Translations under genes and position numbers: made by a program
Virus record (IMG/VR): IMGVR_UViG_3300045772_000033
Location: 13,873-77,872 of that record
Length of the DNA: 64,000 bases
Source of the DNA: a virus
Direction: 5' to 3' (one strand)
Shown here: piece after piece, positions 18,896-27,871 of the stretch
Layout of the letters: each line of letters starts with the position of its first letter
Position numbering within the stretch: position 1 is the stretch's first letter
Notes under the pieces: model-generated
Databases searched by the model: none
The model's input: only the letters and a program-made list of their open reading frames with translations
What the model was told of the DNA's origin: nothing

Positions 18896-20254
18896 TTGGG
18901 ATTCTGGAACGCACTTTCGGTACTCGCACCTGTCGCGCCGGCGATGTCGGACGCGCAGGATATTCGCGCCCAGCGCGCGCAGGATCAACAGGACTTGGAG
19001 TTGAAGAAAGCGCAACTGACGACGCAACAGTTCGCGGCACAGAATGAACAGCAACGTCTTCGCGCCGGCACACAGCCCATGTTCAAGGCTGGCAGCCAGC
19101 CTGAGTTTAACCGCACATCCGGTACATATCAGCAGCCGGCCTGGGACGACAAGAAGCAAACTTACGCGATGGTGGACGTACCTGGCGTTTCGCCAGAAGC
19201 CCAGCAGAAGCAAGCACTGGAGTCTCTCAAGCGAAACCGTGCCGCCGCGAAGGAGCTGATGCCCCCCGGCACGTCGGACGAGAACCTGGATTACCTCGCG
19301 TACACCCTCAGCGGAATGAATCCCCCGCCTAGCACCAAGGTCACTCAAATGACCGGCGACGCAGGCAAGCCCTTCAAAGGCAACGACGGCCTGTACTATG
19401 TCAAAGGCAAAAATGCAGACGGCACCAGTGTGGATATACCGATGGGGCCTAACTACACGCCCCCGGCACCGAAGGCGCCTACTTCTCCCACTTCGCAGTA
19501 CGCCAATCTCCTGACCAAGCAGATCCTCGCCAACAGGAAACAAGGGCCGCCGCTGACCAACGAGGAGGCAGCGCAGTTACCAGCACTCCAACAGGCTTTA
19601 GACGGTCCAAACATCGCTCGTATGAAAGCAATGGCCGAGTATAACGCGGCAAACCGTCTGTTTATGGCGACGGACCCAAGCACAAACATGGAAATCGCTG
19701 TTCCAATATCCGCTGGAGTTGCCGCGTTCGATCAAGGGACTCCTTTCCTCGCTGGTGCGGTTTCTTCCCCGACCGGAACAGAAAAGAGTAGGCAGGACTT
19801 CTCTAATTCAGGAATACTGCAAGTAAACACGATGCGCAACATCATCGGTAGAAACAGCGGCCTGTTCGGTCCGGGAGCGGGCCGGTTGCAGAACTTTGTT
19901 AATTGGGTGGGGTCCAACAGTCCTGACGCACAGAGATTCCGCACAGCGGCACTCATTTTGGCAGATCACTCGGCAGGCTCATTTGGTGGACGCTCTGTGA
20001 AAACGGTGGACGAATTGAAGGACACCATAACAGCCATGAAGCTAACCCCCGAAGCGTTGCTTGCCGGATTAGACCAGGACGAGATGACGTTCAACGCTCT
20101 GATGAACGCCAGTGGAAGGCTGGGGCCGAGGACGGGCGGAACAGGCGGTGCCGGCGGAGGCCAATTCGTCGTGATTGATCCGGCCGGTAAGCCTCACCGC
20201 TTCGATACGCAAGCCCAAGCGGACAACTTCAGAACTCTGATTAGGCCCAAATGA
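18896..20254 (+). CDS. Putative ejection protein
   Basis: TTG start after AAGGAGG; 452 aa, helical. Confidence 0.55.
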   Translation: MGFWNALSVLAPVAPAMSDAQDIRAQRAQDQQDLELKKAQLTTQQFAAQNEQQRLRAGTQPMFKAGSQPEFNRTSGTYQQPAWDDKKQTYAMVDVPGVSPEAQQKQALESLKRNRAAAKELMPPGTSDENLDYLAYTLSGMNPPPSTKVTQMTGDAGKPFKGNDGLYYVKGKNADGTSVDIPMGPNYTPPAPKAPTSPTSQYANLLTKQILANRKQGPPLTNEEAAQLPALQQALDGPNIARMKAMAEYNAANRLFMATDPSTNMEIAVPISAGVAAFDQGTPFLAGAVSSPTGTEKSRQDFSNSGILQVNTMRNIIGRNSGLFGPGAGRLQNFVNWVGSNSPDAQRFRTAALILADHSAGSFGGRSVKTVDELKDTITAMKLTPEALLAGLDQDEMTFNALMNASGRLGPRTGGTGGAGGGQFVVIDPAGKPHRFDTQAQADNFRTLIRPK

Positions 20255-22767
20255 GCGGACAAAAGCCACAGATCGACTATGACGCACTGGCAGACCAAGC
20301 CAGAAAACAAGCTACGTCCGCAGTTCCCGTCCCCAAAAATGCGGCGCAGCCCACTGCCGTCGATTACGATGCGCTGGCGGCGCAGGCGAGACAAGCGCAA
20401 GTCCCTGCGCCACCTGCTCCTACTGTTGCGGCGCCAGCGCCTCAAGAAGGCTTCTGGGCTTCCGCTGTCTCCCCTTTCGTGGGAATGGCTCAGGGTCTCA
20501 AATCGGCTGTCTACGAGGGTCCGCAGAATCCTACTGAGGCTGCAATCGTAGGCGGACAACCGGGAGTGAGCTTGTGGGACGATGCGACCCCTATCATTGG
20601 TCGGGCGGTCTTGGCAGCAAAGAGGATGCTGGTCGATCCACAGATTGATCAAGGGAAACAGGCGGCGAGTGCATTCAAGCAGGCGGCGCCGCTGTCTCTG
20701 CATCCAACTCCAGGGCAATTGGAGCAGCGACAGCTCGCGCTTGGGCACGGTCTCGCTGCTGCAATTCCTATGCTGGGGCCGTGGGCCGCAAATGTGGGCG
20801 AAAAGGAAGGCGAACAGCTCGCGGCTGGAAACTACCTGGGTGCTACCGGCACAGCGTTTGGCAACGCTGCGCTCGCGCTTGCACCCAAAGGAATATCCAA
20901 AATGGCGGGAGCTGCTCCTGAAGCCGCACAAGGCCTTGTTCGCGTCGCCACCGGCACTGGTACAGGCCCAGTCAAAGAACTCGTCAAACAGCGCCGGATC
21001 GCCAACGCAGGCATCGACGAGGCCAATGCCGCGGCTGACAAAGCTCACGCCGGTAACACGCAAGACGCACTGCATGAGCAACGGGGCCGCGAGATCGAAT
21101 ATCAGATAGCTGTTGACAGCAAGACTCAGGAAATTGCTCAAGCAGATCAGTCCGAGGCTGGGCAACTTGCTGCCAAGCAGTCCGCTGCCGAGCGGAAGGT
21201 CACCGCGGCCAATGAAGCCATCAGGGCTAAGCACCAGGCTGTTGCACAGAAGGTGGCCGACGCCAACCGTGCCGCCGAAAACGCACTTGAACTTCGACGT
21301 CAGCTTGAGCAGACTTATCAGAAGGCTACCGCAGACCACTACGCCAAAGAGCAGGCTACCGACACGCAAGCCAAGGCTGAAGAGAATACCGCCTGGCAGG
21401 GTTGGAGACAGAAGACCGCGGGAAAGACTCTCGATGGTGGGCTGATCGCCGAGCCACTTCAGAAACTGCGCCTTGACTCACCTGAAGTGGACCGGACGCT
21501 AAATCAACTTGAACCCCGCGGCGATGAAGTTCCGCAGGAATCGCCTTACACACAGATACGCGCGCAAGCAGCACAAAAGCAATTCGGCAAAGACTACGAA
21601 TCTCTCATCCCGGTCAAGCAAGACGAAATTGATGACTTGCTTCATTCCAGCGGATATTCTCCGGAGCCGATTGCGTTTGACCCCCAAGCTGGGCAGCCGA
21701 TTTCCATCGATCGAGTGCAGCGTGCGTCTTCTATCCTTCAGCGATATATACGCAGCGGCCGATTTGAGGGGCCGCTGCTCGGAGAAATGAAGCAAGTGGC
21801 GAAGGTGTTGCGTAATGCCGTGACGCGGGCCTCTGCCGATGCTGGAGCTACTCCTGAGCTCGATGCCGCGCGCAACTCTACCGTTACCTATCAGAATGCC
21901 TTCGGCCGGGAACGTAATATGCCCGCCACTGCGCGCACCATTCGTGAAAAACAACTCAATCCGGAGGCCTTTCAAGAGCGCGCGGACGAAGAGCGCTTAG
22001 CCAAGGCGCGTCGTTACGACCCCACCCTGGTCGATTCTTACCGCCAGGTCAAGGCCGCGCGCAAGGCGCTGGATAGCCTTTCTCCTGAAGATCAGATTCG
22101 CAAGAGATTGCGCCAAGTGCCCCCGCCTCCGACCGTGAATGATCCCCGACCTGGGTTCCGGCTGACCGCTCCGCCGCAGCGCACTCCCGCCCGGCCGGCA
22201 TCTGGTTCCCCTGCCGAACGCGCGTTTCAATCGGTGGATCAGCCTTCACGTCCCAATTTCCCTGATCGGCCTATTCCTGATCCTCATCAGACCATCTCTG
22301 CCGGCGACATTGCTGCCGCCAAGAGAGCGGCCGTTGAAGCCAGCGCAGGAAAGTGGTGGACTCGCGGACGCTGGGCAGCAGCCGCCCCGATCATTTGGGC
22401 CATGCGTGGATTCTTCGGCGGGCACATCCCTTCTATCCCCATGGCTGGTGCTGAATCCGGGGGCATTCTGGCTGCCACTCACGTTGGGGTATCTCTTCTT
22501 CGCTACCCGCCGTTGGTTGATTTCCTGGTCAAGGCCCGACCCAAAGACGTTGCGGTTATTCCGTTGGAACTCCGTGGTGACTTACCTGGTCTGGTCTCTC
22601 AAGCTCAGCGACAGGGGATCAAGGTATCTCCGGCACTGCTCGCAGCGACAGGAGGGGCGCTGGCTGCCCAAAAGAAAGAAGGGCCTCAAGGCCTTCAATT
22701 ACCCATTCCAGTAGCGCAAGCCTTACAAGCTATGCAACCTACCTTCTCGCAAGGAGCAACTCAATGA
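20251..22767 (+). CDS. Large putative ejection protein
   Basis: 838 aa, Ala/Gln-rich coiled coil with duplicated DYDALA motif. Confidence 0.55.
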   Translation: MSGQKPQIDYDALADQARKQATSAVPVPKNAAQPTAVDYDALAAQARQAQVPAPPAPTVAAPAPQEGFWASAVSPFVGMAQGLKSAVYEGPQNPTEAAIVGGQPGVSLWDDATPIIGRAVLAAKRMLVDPQIDQGKQAASAFKQAAPLSLHPTPGQLEQRQLALGHGLAAAIPMLGPWAANVGEKEGEQLAAGNYLGATGTAFGNAALALAPKGISKMAGAAPEAAQGLVRVATGTGTGPVKELVKQRRIANAGIDEANAAADKAHAGNTQDALHEQRGREIEYQIAVDSKTQEIAQADQSEAGQLAAKQSAAERKVTAANEAIRAKHQAVAQKVADANRAAENALELRRQLEQTYQKATADHYAKEQATDTQAKAEENTAWQGWRQKTAGKTLDGGLIAEPLQKLRLDSPEVDRTLNQLEPRGDEVPQESPYTQIRAQAAQKQFGKDYESLIPVKQDEIDDLLHSSGYSPEPIAFDPQAGQPISIDRVQRASSILQRYIRSGRFEGPLLGEMKQVAKVLRNAVTRASADAGATPELDAARNSTVTYQNAFGRERNMPATARTIREKQLNPEAFQERADEERLAKARRYDPTLVDSYRQVKAARKALDSLSPEDQIRKRLRQVPPPPTVNDPRPGFRLTAPPQRTPARPASGSPAERAFQSVDQPSRPNFPDRPIPDPHQTISAGDIAAAKRAAVEASAGKWWTRGRWAAAAPIIWAMRGFFGGHIPSIPMAGAESGGILAATHVGVSLLRYPPLVDFLVKARPKDVAVIPLELRGDLPGLVSQAQRQGIKVSPALLAATGGALAAQKKEGPQGLQLPIPVAQALQAMQPTFSQGATQ

Positions 22768-25145
22768 AGAATTTCGTCCACGCACTTACGATTGCAACGA
22801 TCCTGCTCTTTGCCACAGCATCCCCGGCGCAGATCCCCTCCGGCTTCGTCCAGACCACGGCCACGGTTCCTGTCCTCGCCGGCGGCTCGTTCGGCGCCTC
22901 GTGGACCAACCTCTCCTCCTCTCCTCAACTTGGCCTTCTCGGTTGTGTCTCGACTTTTCAGACTACAGTAAACGGAGCAATCGACTCCTACGGTCACTTT
23001 TCGACCCTTTTGGCTGACACTGCGCAAATTTGCCCCGCGCCATCAACATGGTCTTTCACCCTGTCCTGCCCAGCAGTGGCCCCAGGTTCGTTCCAGATTC
23101 AGGTTCCGATTACTGGCGGTGGTGGAACAGAGGACATCTCCGCGCAGATCACCGCGGCGCTTCCGGTCAACATTTGCAATGGCAGTGGCAGTGGTGGTGG
23201 AATTACGCCTATAACAAAAGGCGGCACTGGCTCAACCACGGCAGCAGGGGCTTTTACGAACATCGTAGCACCTGGCGGCACGTTTACCGGGCCGGTGACA
23301 GTGGACAGCACCTTGAATATAGGCGCTCCAATTACTCCGCCTGAGTTCTCTATGGAGCCACTCGGCACGATCCCAGCCTCATGGACTTTGGACGTGACGA
23401 CTCCTGGCACGGCGCTGGCGAGTCTGATGAGCGGAGGTGTAGTCTATCCGCCTCCCGGCACAGGCACTATCAGCGCGGTGCTGGCCAGCAACACGAAGAT
23501 CGTACTCAGTCCCGGCACCTACTACGATAACTTGGTGCTAAACAACTTGCAGAGTGTGTGGATTGAGGGCGCGGGAGGAGGCGGCGCTGGAATCGGCACA
23601 TCCGAGGGCGTAACGATTCTAGTACCGGCAAACACATCACTTCCAGCAATCGAACTGCTCAACAGTGGTTCCGCTCAAGGAAACAGTTTCATCACACTGA
23701 AAAACTTCAATTTGCTTTGTCCTGCGACAACGGTATGCGCAGATGGCCTTGAAGTGACTGGAGAAACCACAAGTATTGCATCTCCTGAAGGCTTGAACGT
23801 GATGAACGTCGATGGCCTGACTTTCTCATCTGGCACTGAGTACAATAGCAACTATGGCTTTTTCAATGACATTGATTTCAATGCTGCTGAAGTGCTCTAT
23901 GTTCATATAGACCACTCTGTCCTTATGGGTGCAATGAACGATGGAATCACAATCACAAATTCCTTGAGCGGTTTTGCGTCTGCTGTCAACGATATTCATA
24001 TTGACAACTCTACGATTCAAAATGCGGTCAAGTACGGTTTTTACTTCGCCACCGGCGGGGCTGCCTCAATACATATTGACCACTCTGTGGTTCAGGCCAA
24101 TAATCACAATGGCGCTGCCCCTTGCGCTGGAGTTTTCATCAATGGCGCTTGGTCTATGTCGATTGACCACTCCTACTTTGAAACCAACTGTGCAGGAAGC
24201 AGCGATCTCAACCTTGCCGATGTGCGCGTAACGGGTACAGGGACTCAGAATCAGGTGAACGCCGTAAACTCTATTTTCTTGGATGTGTATGGCCAATGGG
24301 GTTATTACAATGATGCCCTCGAAACAGGAGGCGTAATATCTGGAAACACCTTCTCAAACACCGGCCACGCGGTCTATGTCAGCACAACCCATGCTCTGAG
24401 TAACGTCCACATCGGTGAGAACTTTGGCATGGGAGTCCCTACCATAATAAACACTGGTTCAGGTGGGAATGAGGGCGACAACGCCGTTTCCACAACAGGG
24501 CCGACAGGTGATAATTCTACTTTTGTGAGTGCTATATCTGGTGGACAATTAAACCCCAACAGCCGCGACATTGTTAAATTATACGACGTAAGCACTACTC
24601 CAATAACCACTATCTCTGGGGGGTACGATGGGAGATTGCTAAAACTCTACTCGGCAGAGTATGGGCCGGTCATACTCCAAACGGGTGGAGCTTCACCTAA
24701 CGGTATAAAATTGATGGGCGGATCTTCAAGTGAGTCAATCCCAACAAATGAGTTCGTTACACTCTCTTACTCGGAATATGACTTGGCGTGGCATGAGATT
24801 GGCGCGAGCAGTGGTTATTACCCTCCTGTCAACACCACAACTGGCACCTTCTCAGGTGCTGTGAGTTCTGCGTCTTTTCTTCCGGCACCTACTAATACCG
24901 TGACTATAACAACGCTAAGTACACTAACAAATTTCATCTCTTACAGTAGTTTTGGCTTATATGTGTTTAGTGAAGCTGCAACTAACACGACTGCGGTATT
25001 TCTTTGTGACGCAGGAGTAGGTTGCACGTCGCTTGCAAATCATATAACGGGGGGATTCACTGTAGCCCAGAATGGTACGAGTTTCGCTGTTGAAACCACG
25101 AGCGGCGCAACTGGAAGAATCTTTACGTGGGCAAGAATTCAGTAA
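22764..25145 (+). CDS. Tail spike-like beta-helix protein with N-terminal signal peptide
   Basis: LSPGTYY and repeated IHIDHS/IDNS parallel beta-helix motifs; starts MKNFVHALTIATILLFATASPA-Q. Confidence 0.7.
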   Translation: MKNFVHALTIATILLFATASPAQIPSGFVQTTATVPVLAGGSFGASWTNLSSSPQLGLLGCVSTFQTTVNGAIDSYGHFSTLLADTAQICPAPSTWSFTLSCPAVAPGSFQIQVPITGGGGTEDISAQITAALPVNICNGSGSGGGITPITKGGTGSTTAAGAFTNIVAPGGTFTGPVTVDSTLNIGAPITPPEFSMEPLGTIPASWTLDVTTPGTALASLMSGGVVYPPPGTGTISAVLASNTKIVLSPGTYYDNLVLNNLQSVWIEGAGGGGAGIGTSEGVTILVPANTSLPAIELLNSGSAQGNSFITLKNFNLLCPATTVCADGLEVTGETTSIASPEGLNVMNVDGLTFSSGTEYNSNYGFFNDIDFNAAEVLYVHIDHSVLMGAMNDGITITNSLSGFASAVNDIHIDNSTIQNAVKYGFYFATGGAASIHIDHSVVQANNHNGAAPCAGVFINGAWSMSIDHSYFETNCAGSSDLNLADVRVTGTGTQNQVNAVNSIFLDVYGQWGYYNDALETGGVISGNTFSNTGHAVYVSTTHALSNVHIGENFGMGVPTIINTGSGGNEGDNAVSTTGPTGDNSTFVSAISGGQLNPNSRDIVKLYDVSTTPITTISGGYDGRLLKLYSAEYGPVILQTGGASPNGIKLMGGSSSESIPTNEFVTLSYSEYDLAWHEIGASSGYYPPVNTTTGTFSGAVSSASFLPAPTNTVTITTLSTLTNFISYSSFGLYVFSEAATNTTAVFLCDAGVGCTSLANHITGGFTVAQNGTSFAVETTSGATGRIFTWARIQ

Positions 25146-25156
25146 TGGGAGGAAAC

Positions 25157-27823
25157 ATGAAGAAGCTACTTGCACTACTCGTTTTACTGGCGGCTCCCGC
25201 CTTCGCGCAGATTAACATTGGCAATGGCGGCGCGGTGAACATCGGATCAGGCAGTGGTGGTGGCGGTATCCCCTACCCCGGCGCTGGGATAGCTTGCTCA
25301 ACTGGCAGTGCATGGTGCTCTGCATACAGCGCGGGCAACCAGATTCCGTCGAGCTATCTGAATCTAAGCGCGTATCTGACGACCACAAGCGCCGCTTCAA
25401 CCTATCAGCCCATATCGTCAATGTCAGGCTATGCGCTGCTGGCGGGTGCGAATTTTACCGGGCCGGTGAGCCTTTACGGGAAGCAGTTATCTGCTCCGCT
25501 GCACGTCAATGCTTCTACCGTGCCAGGTTTTGTGAGTGACGGCGCAACAGATGTAACCAGCGTTATTCAAGGGTGGTTAACATCGAATCCGAATCAAATA
25601 TTAGACATTCCGTGGGATGGTGTAACAGGTCACTGCGCTCTAGTTTCCGCTCCTCTTCAAATCTCTAGTGCCGACGCTGGTATCTGGGGCAGCGGAAAAA
25701 ACGTAAGAGGGAGTGGTGGAATATGTACCAAGACGCCAAACATCTCCCTCATTAACCCATACAACACGGGCGCTTATCCCGGCTCTATCTCGGTGCATAA
25801 CCTGAATCTAAGCTATGTCGGCACACTGGCATCAGGAGCAGCGGCCACAGCCACAATCTCAACTGGAGCAGGGGCAGCAGTAACCTCCTATACTGTCACG
25901 GCGGGCGGCACATACTACGCGGCTAATACTTCCGTTTATGTTAATGGGTGCGCCAACACTCAAGGTTTGGAGACTTTCAGCGGGGGGACAATCACCGCGA
26001 TTAGTCCGGCAACGGGCAGTCCGGCTCAGGGTACTCTCGTTACGGCAGCTTCAACCGGGAATTGCATTGATATAACCAACACCGCTAACCAATGGCAGAG
26101 TGGCGCGGCTTATGCAAAGTATCACGCTATTGTGGTCAACGTAAGTGGGACGAATTATATTTACGCAGCCGCACAGCCAATCGCAAGCGCGGCAACGCAA
26201 CCATCATGCACAACTTTTGGCTGTACGAGTACAGATGGCAGTGGAACGTGGACTAATGGTGGTGTGTTCGGCACGGTAGTTTTACTTGGAGGAACCACTG
26301 GCGATTCGACAGGTGAAGCTACTACCGGATGGGCGATTGACGCATCGGGGATCTTCGGCTACAACGAAGCGTATCTCGACGTGGACAATGTTTCTTCGTG
26401 GGATATGGGCGGTCTCATTCGCGTTAACGGCGCGTCGATCAATCGCATTTACAATGCATCTGGAAGTTATAATCAAGACGGCAACGGTTACTGCTATGAG
26501 AGTACAGGTTCTGCTCAACAATCCAATCGCCTATGGGGAGTATCTTGCACCACCAGTGCGGGATGGAGCGGATACCTTTCTGGACAAGGTGACTCCTACG
26601 TAATGGGAGATATGGGGGGAGCGACTGGTGGAAACTATGGTGTCCAAAAAGGGTATGAAATCAACGGCCTCTTATTGTCGGCAGATTTCGGGAATAATGA
26701 ATTGATTGCCGGATACTTCTTACTGATGGATGGCAACTCTTCCCTGAATGTTACGGGCGGATATATGATGCGAACAACTCCCAGCGTTGTTTCAAACATC
26801 GCATTTGCAGGGAGTGGAACGCTGCACTACAACGCGGCTGGATTCGGCAGAGTAGGAGATGATTATGGAATCCCGATGGTGACTCAGTTGTCCGGGCATC
26901 CCAACGTCAGTGCTTCTGGGTTTATTCAGACCGCTGGTCTACCTGATCTTGGGGCACGACAGCTTGTAGATGAGAATGGTGTGCAGAGCGCGATTGGCCC
27001 ATTAGAGGTGAACGACAGTTTTGTAACGCCAACTGCAACCTCCAGCACGGTCAACAGTCTGGTATGGCAGAATCCGGCAACTGTAGGAGCGATGGGGCAT
27101 CTGTGGGCTATGTACTATGGTACTGGCGGCGCACTTACCACAACGGATATTCTTCCGATCCTTAACTCTCCGTCAAGCGGCACAGTGAGTCCCGGCTTTA
27201 GCTACGGACCTTGCGTCTACGGTAACTCTACAAGCACAACTTGCGGCCCAGTGCAGGCAGCGACGGGGTTAGCCGCGCTAGGGATCAATACGACAGACGT
27301 AACGGCCAGCGCGAATCTGCACGTTAATGGGGTTGGGACAGCAACTAGCTCCGCAAACGTAAACTCCAGTTATTTCATAGTGCAAGGCTATGCGTGGAAT
27401 CCGAATCTTGGCACTCCGGCAAGCAACTATTTAGCCATTGACTGCCGTCTACTCGTGCTAGGTCTCACAGGTTCACCGACTGCCACATATAACTGCCAAC
27501 CTTCCGTACAAACTGCATCACCACCTCTGACGCCGAACTGGGCGTGGGCTTTCAATGGGCATATTAACATGACAAGCACAACCGCGCCGACGGCATCTTC
27601 TTGCGGCAGTGGAACTGCTGCGGGCAACGACAATGCGTTTCAGGTTACAGGCATCTCAGCTGCCACATCTTGCACGGTGACTTTTACTTTTCCTTTGCAG
27701 GAAGGTTATTGCACTGCGAATGGAGCCGTGGGGTTGGTAACTGAGCCGACTGGAACGCACAAGAGTTCTATCGTGTTTGGCATTCTATCGACGGAGACGA
27801 CAATCACAGCACATTGCTTTTAA
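25157..27823 (+). CDS. Tail spike/fibre-like protein with N-terminal signal peptide
   Basis: GFVSDGATDVT pectate-lyase-3-like start; Gly/Thr/Ser-rich; starts MKKLLALLVLLAAPAFA-Q. Confidence 0.7.
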   Translation: MKKLLALLVLLAAPAFAQINIGNGGAVNIGSGSGGGGIPYPGAGIACSTGSAWCSAYSAGNQIPSSYLNLSAYLTTTSAASTYQPISSMSGYALLAGANFTGPVSLYGKQLSAPLHVNASTVPGFVSDGATDVTSVIQGWLTSNPNQILDIPWDGVTGHCALVSAPLQISSADAGIWGSGKNVRGSGGICTKTPNISLINPYNTGAYPGSISVHNLNLSYVGTLASGAAATATISTGAGAAVTSYTVTAGGTYYAANTSVYVNGCANTQGLETFSGGTITAISPATGSPAQGTLVTAASTGNCIDITNTANQWQSGAAYAKYHAIVVNVSGTNYIYAAAQPIASAATQPSCTTFGCTSTDGSGTWTNGGVFGTVVLLGGTTGDSTGEATTGWAIDASGIFGYNEAYLDVDNVSSWDMGGLIRVNGASINRIYNASGSYNQDGNGYCYESTGSAQQSNRLWGVSCTTSAGWSGYLSGQGDSYVMGDMGGATGGNYGVQKGYEINGLLLSADFGNNELIAGYFLLMDGNSSLNVTGGYMMRTTPSVVSNIAFAGSGTLHYNAAGFGRVGDDYGIPMVTQLSGHPNVSASGFIQTAGLPDLGARQLVDENGVQSAIGPLEVNDSFVTPTATSSTVNSLVWQNPATVGAMGHLWAMYYGTGGALTTTDILPILNSPSSGTVSPGFSYGPCVYGNSTSTTCGPVQAATGLAALGINTTDVTASANLHVNGVGTATSSANVNSSYFIVQGYAWNPNLGTPASNYLAIDCRLLVLGLTGSPTATYNCQPSVQTASPPLTPNWAWAFNGHINMTSTTAPTASSCGSGTAAGNDNAFQVTGISAATSCTVTFTFPLQEGYCTANGAVGLVTEPTGTHKSSIVFGILSTETTITAHCF

Positions 27824-27871
27824 TTGCAAGCGGAGCACGAACGCGGTTAGATAGTATCTGAGGAGAACACG

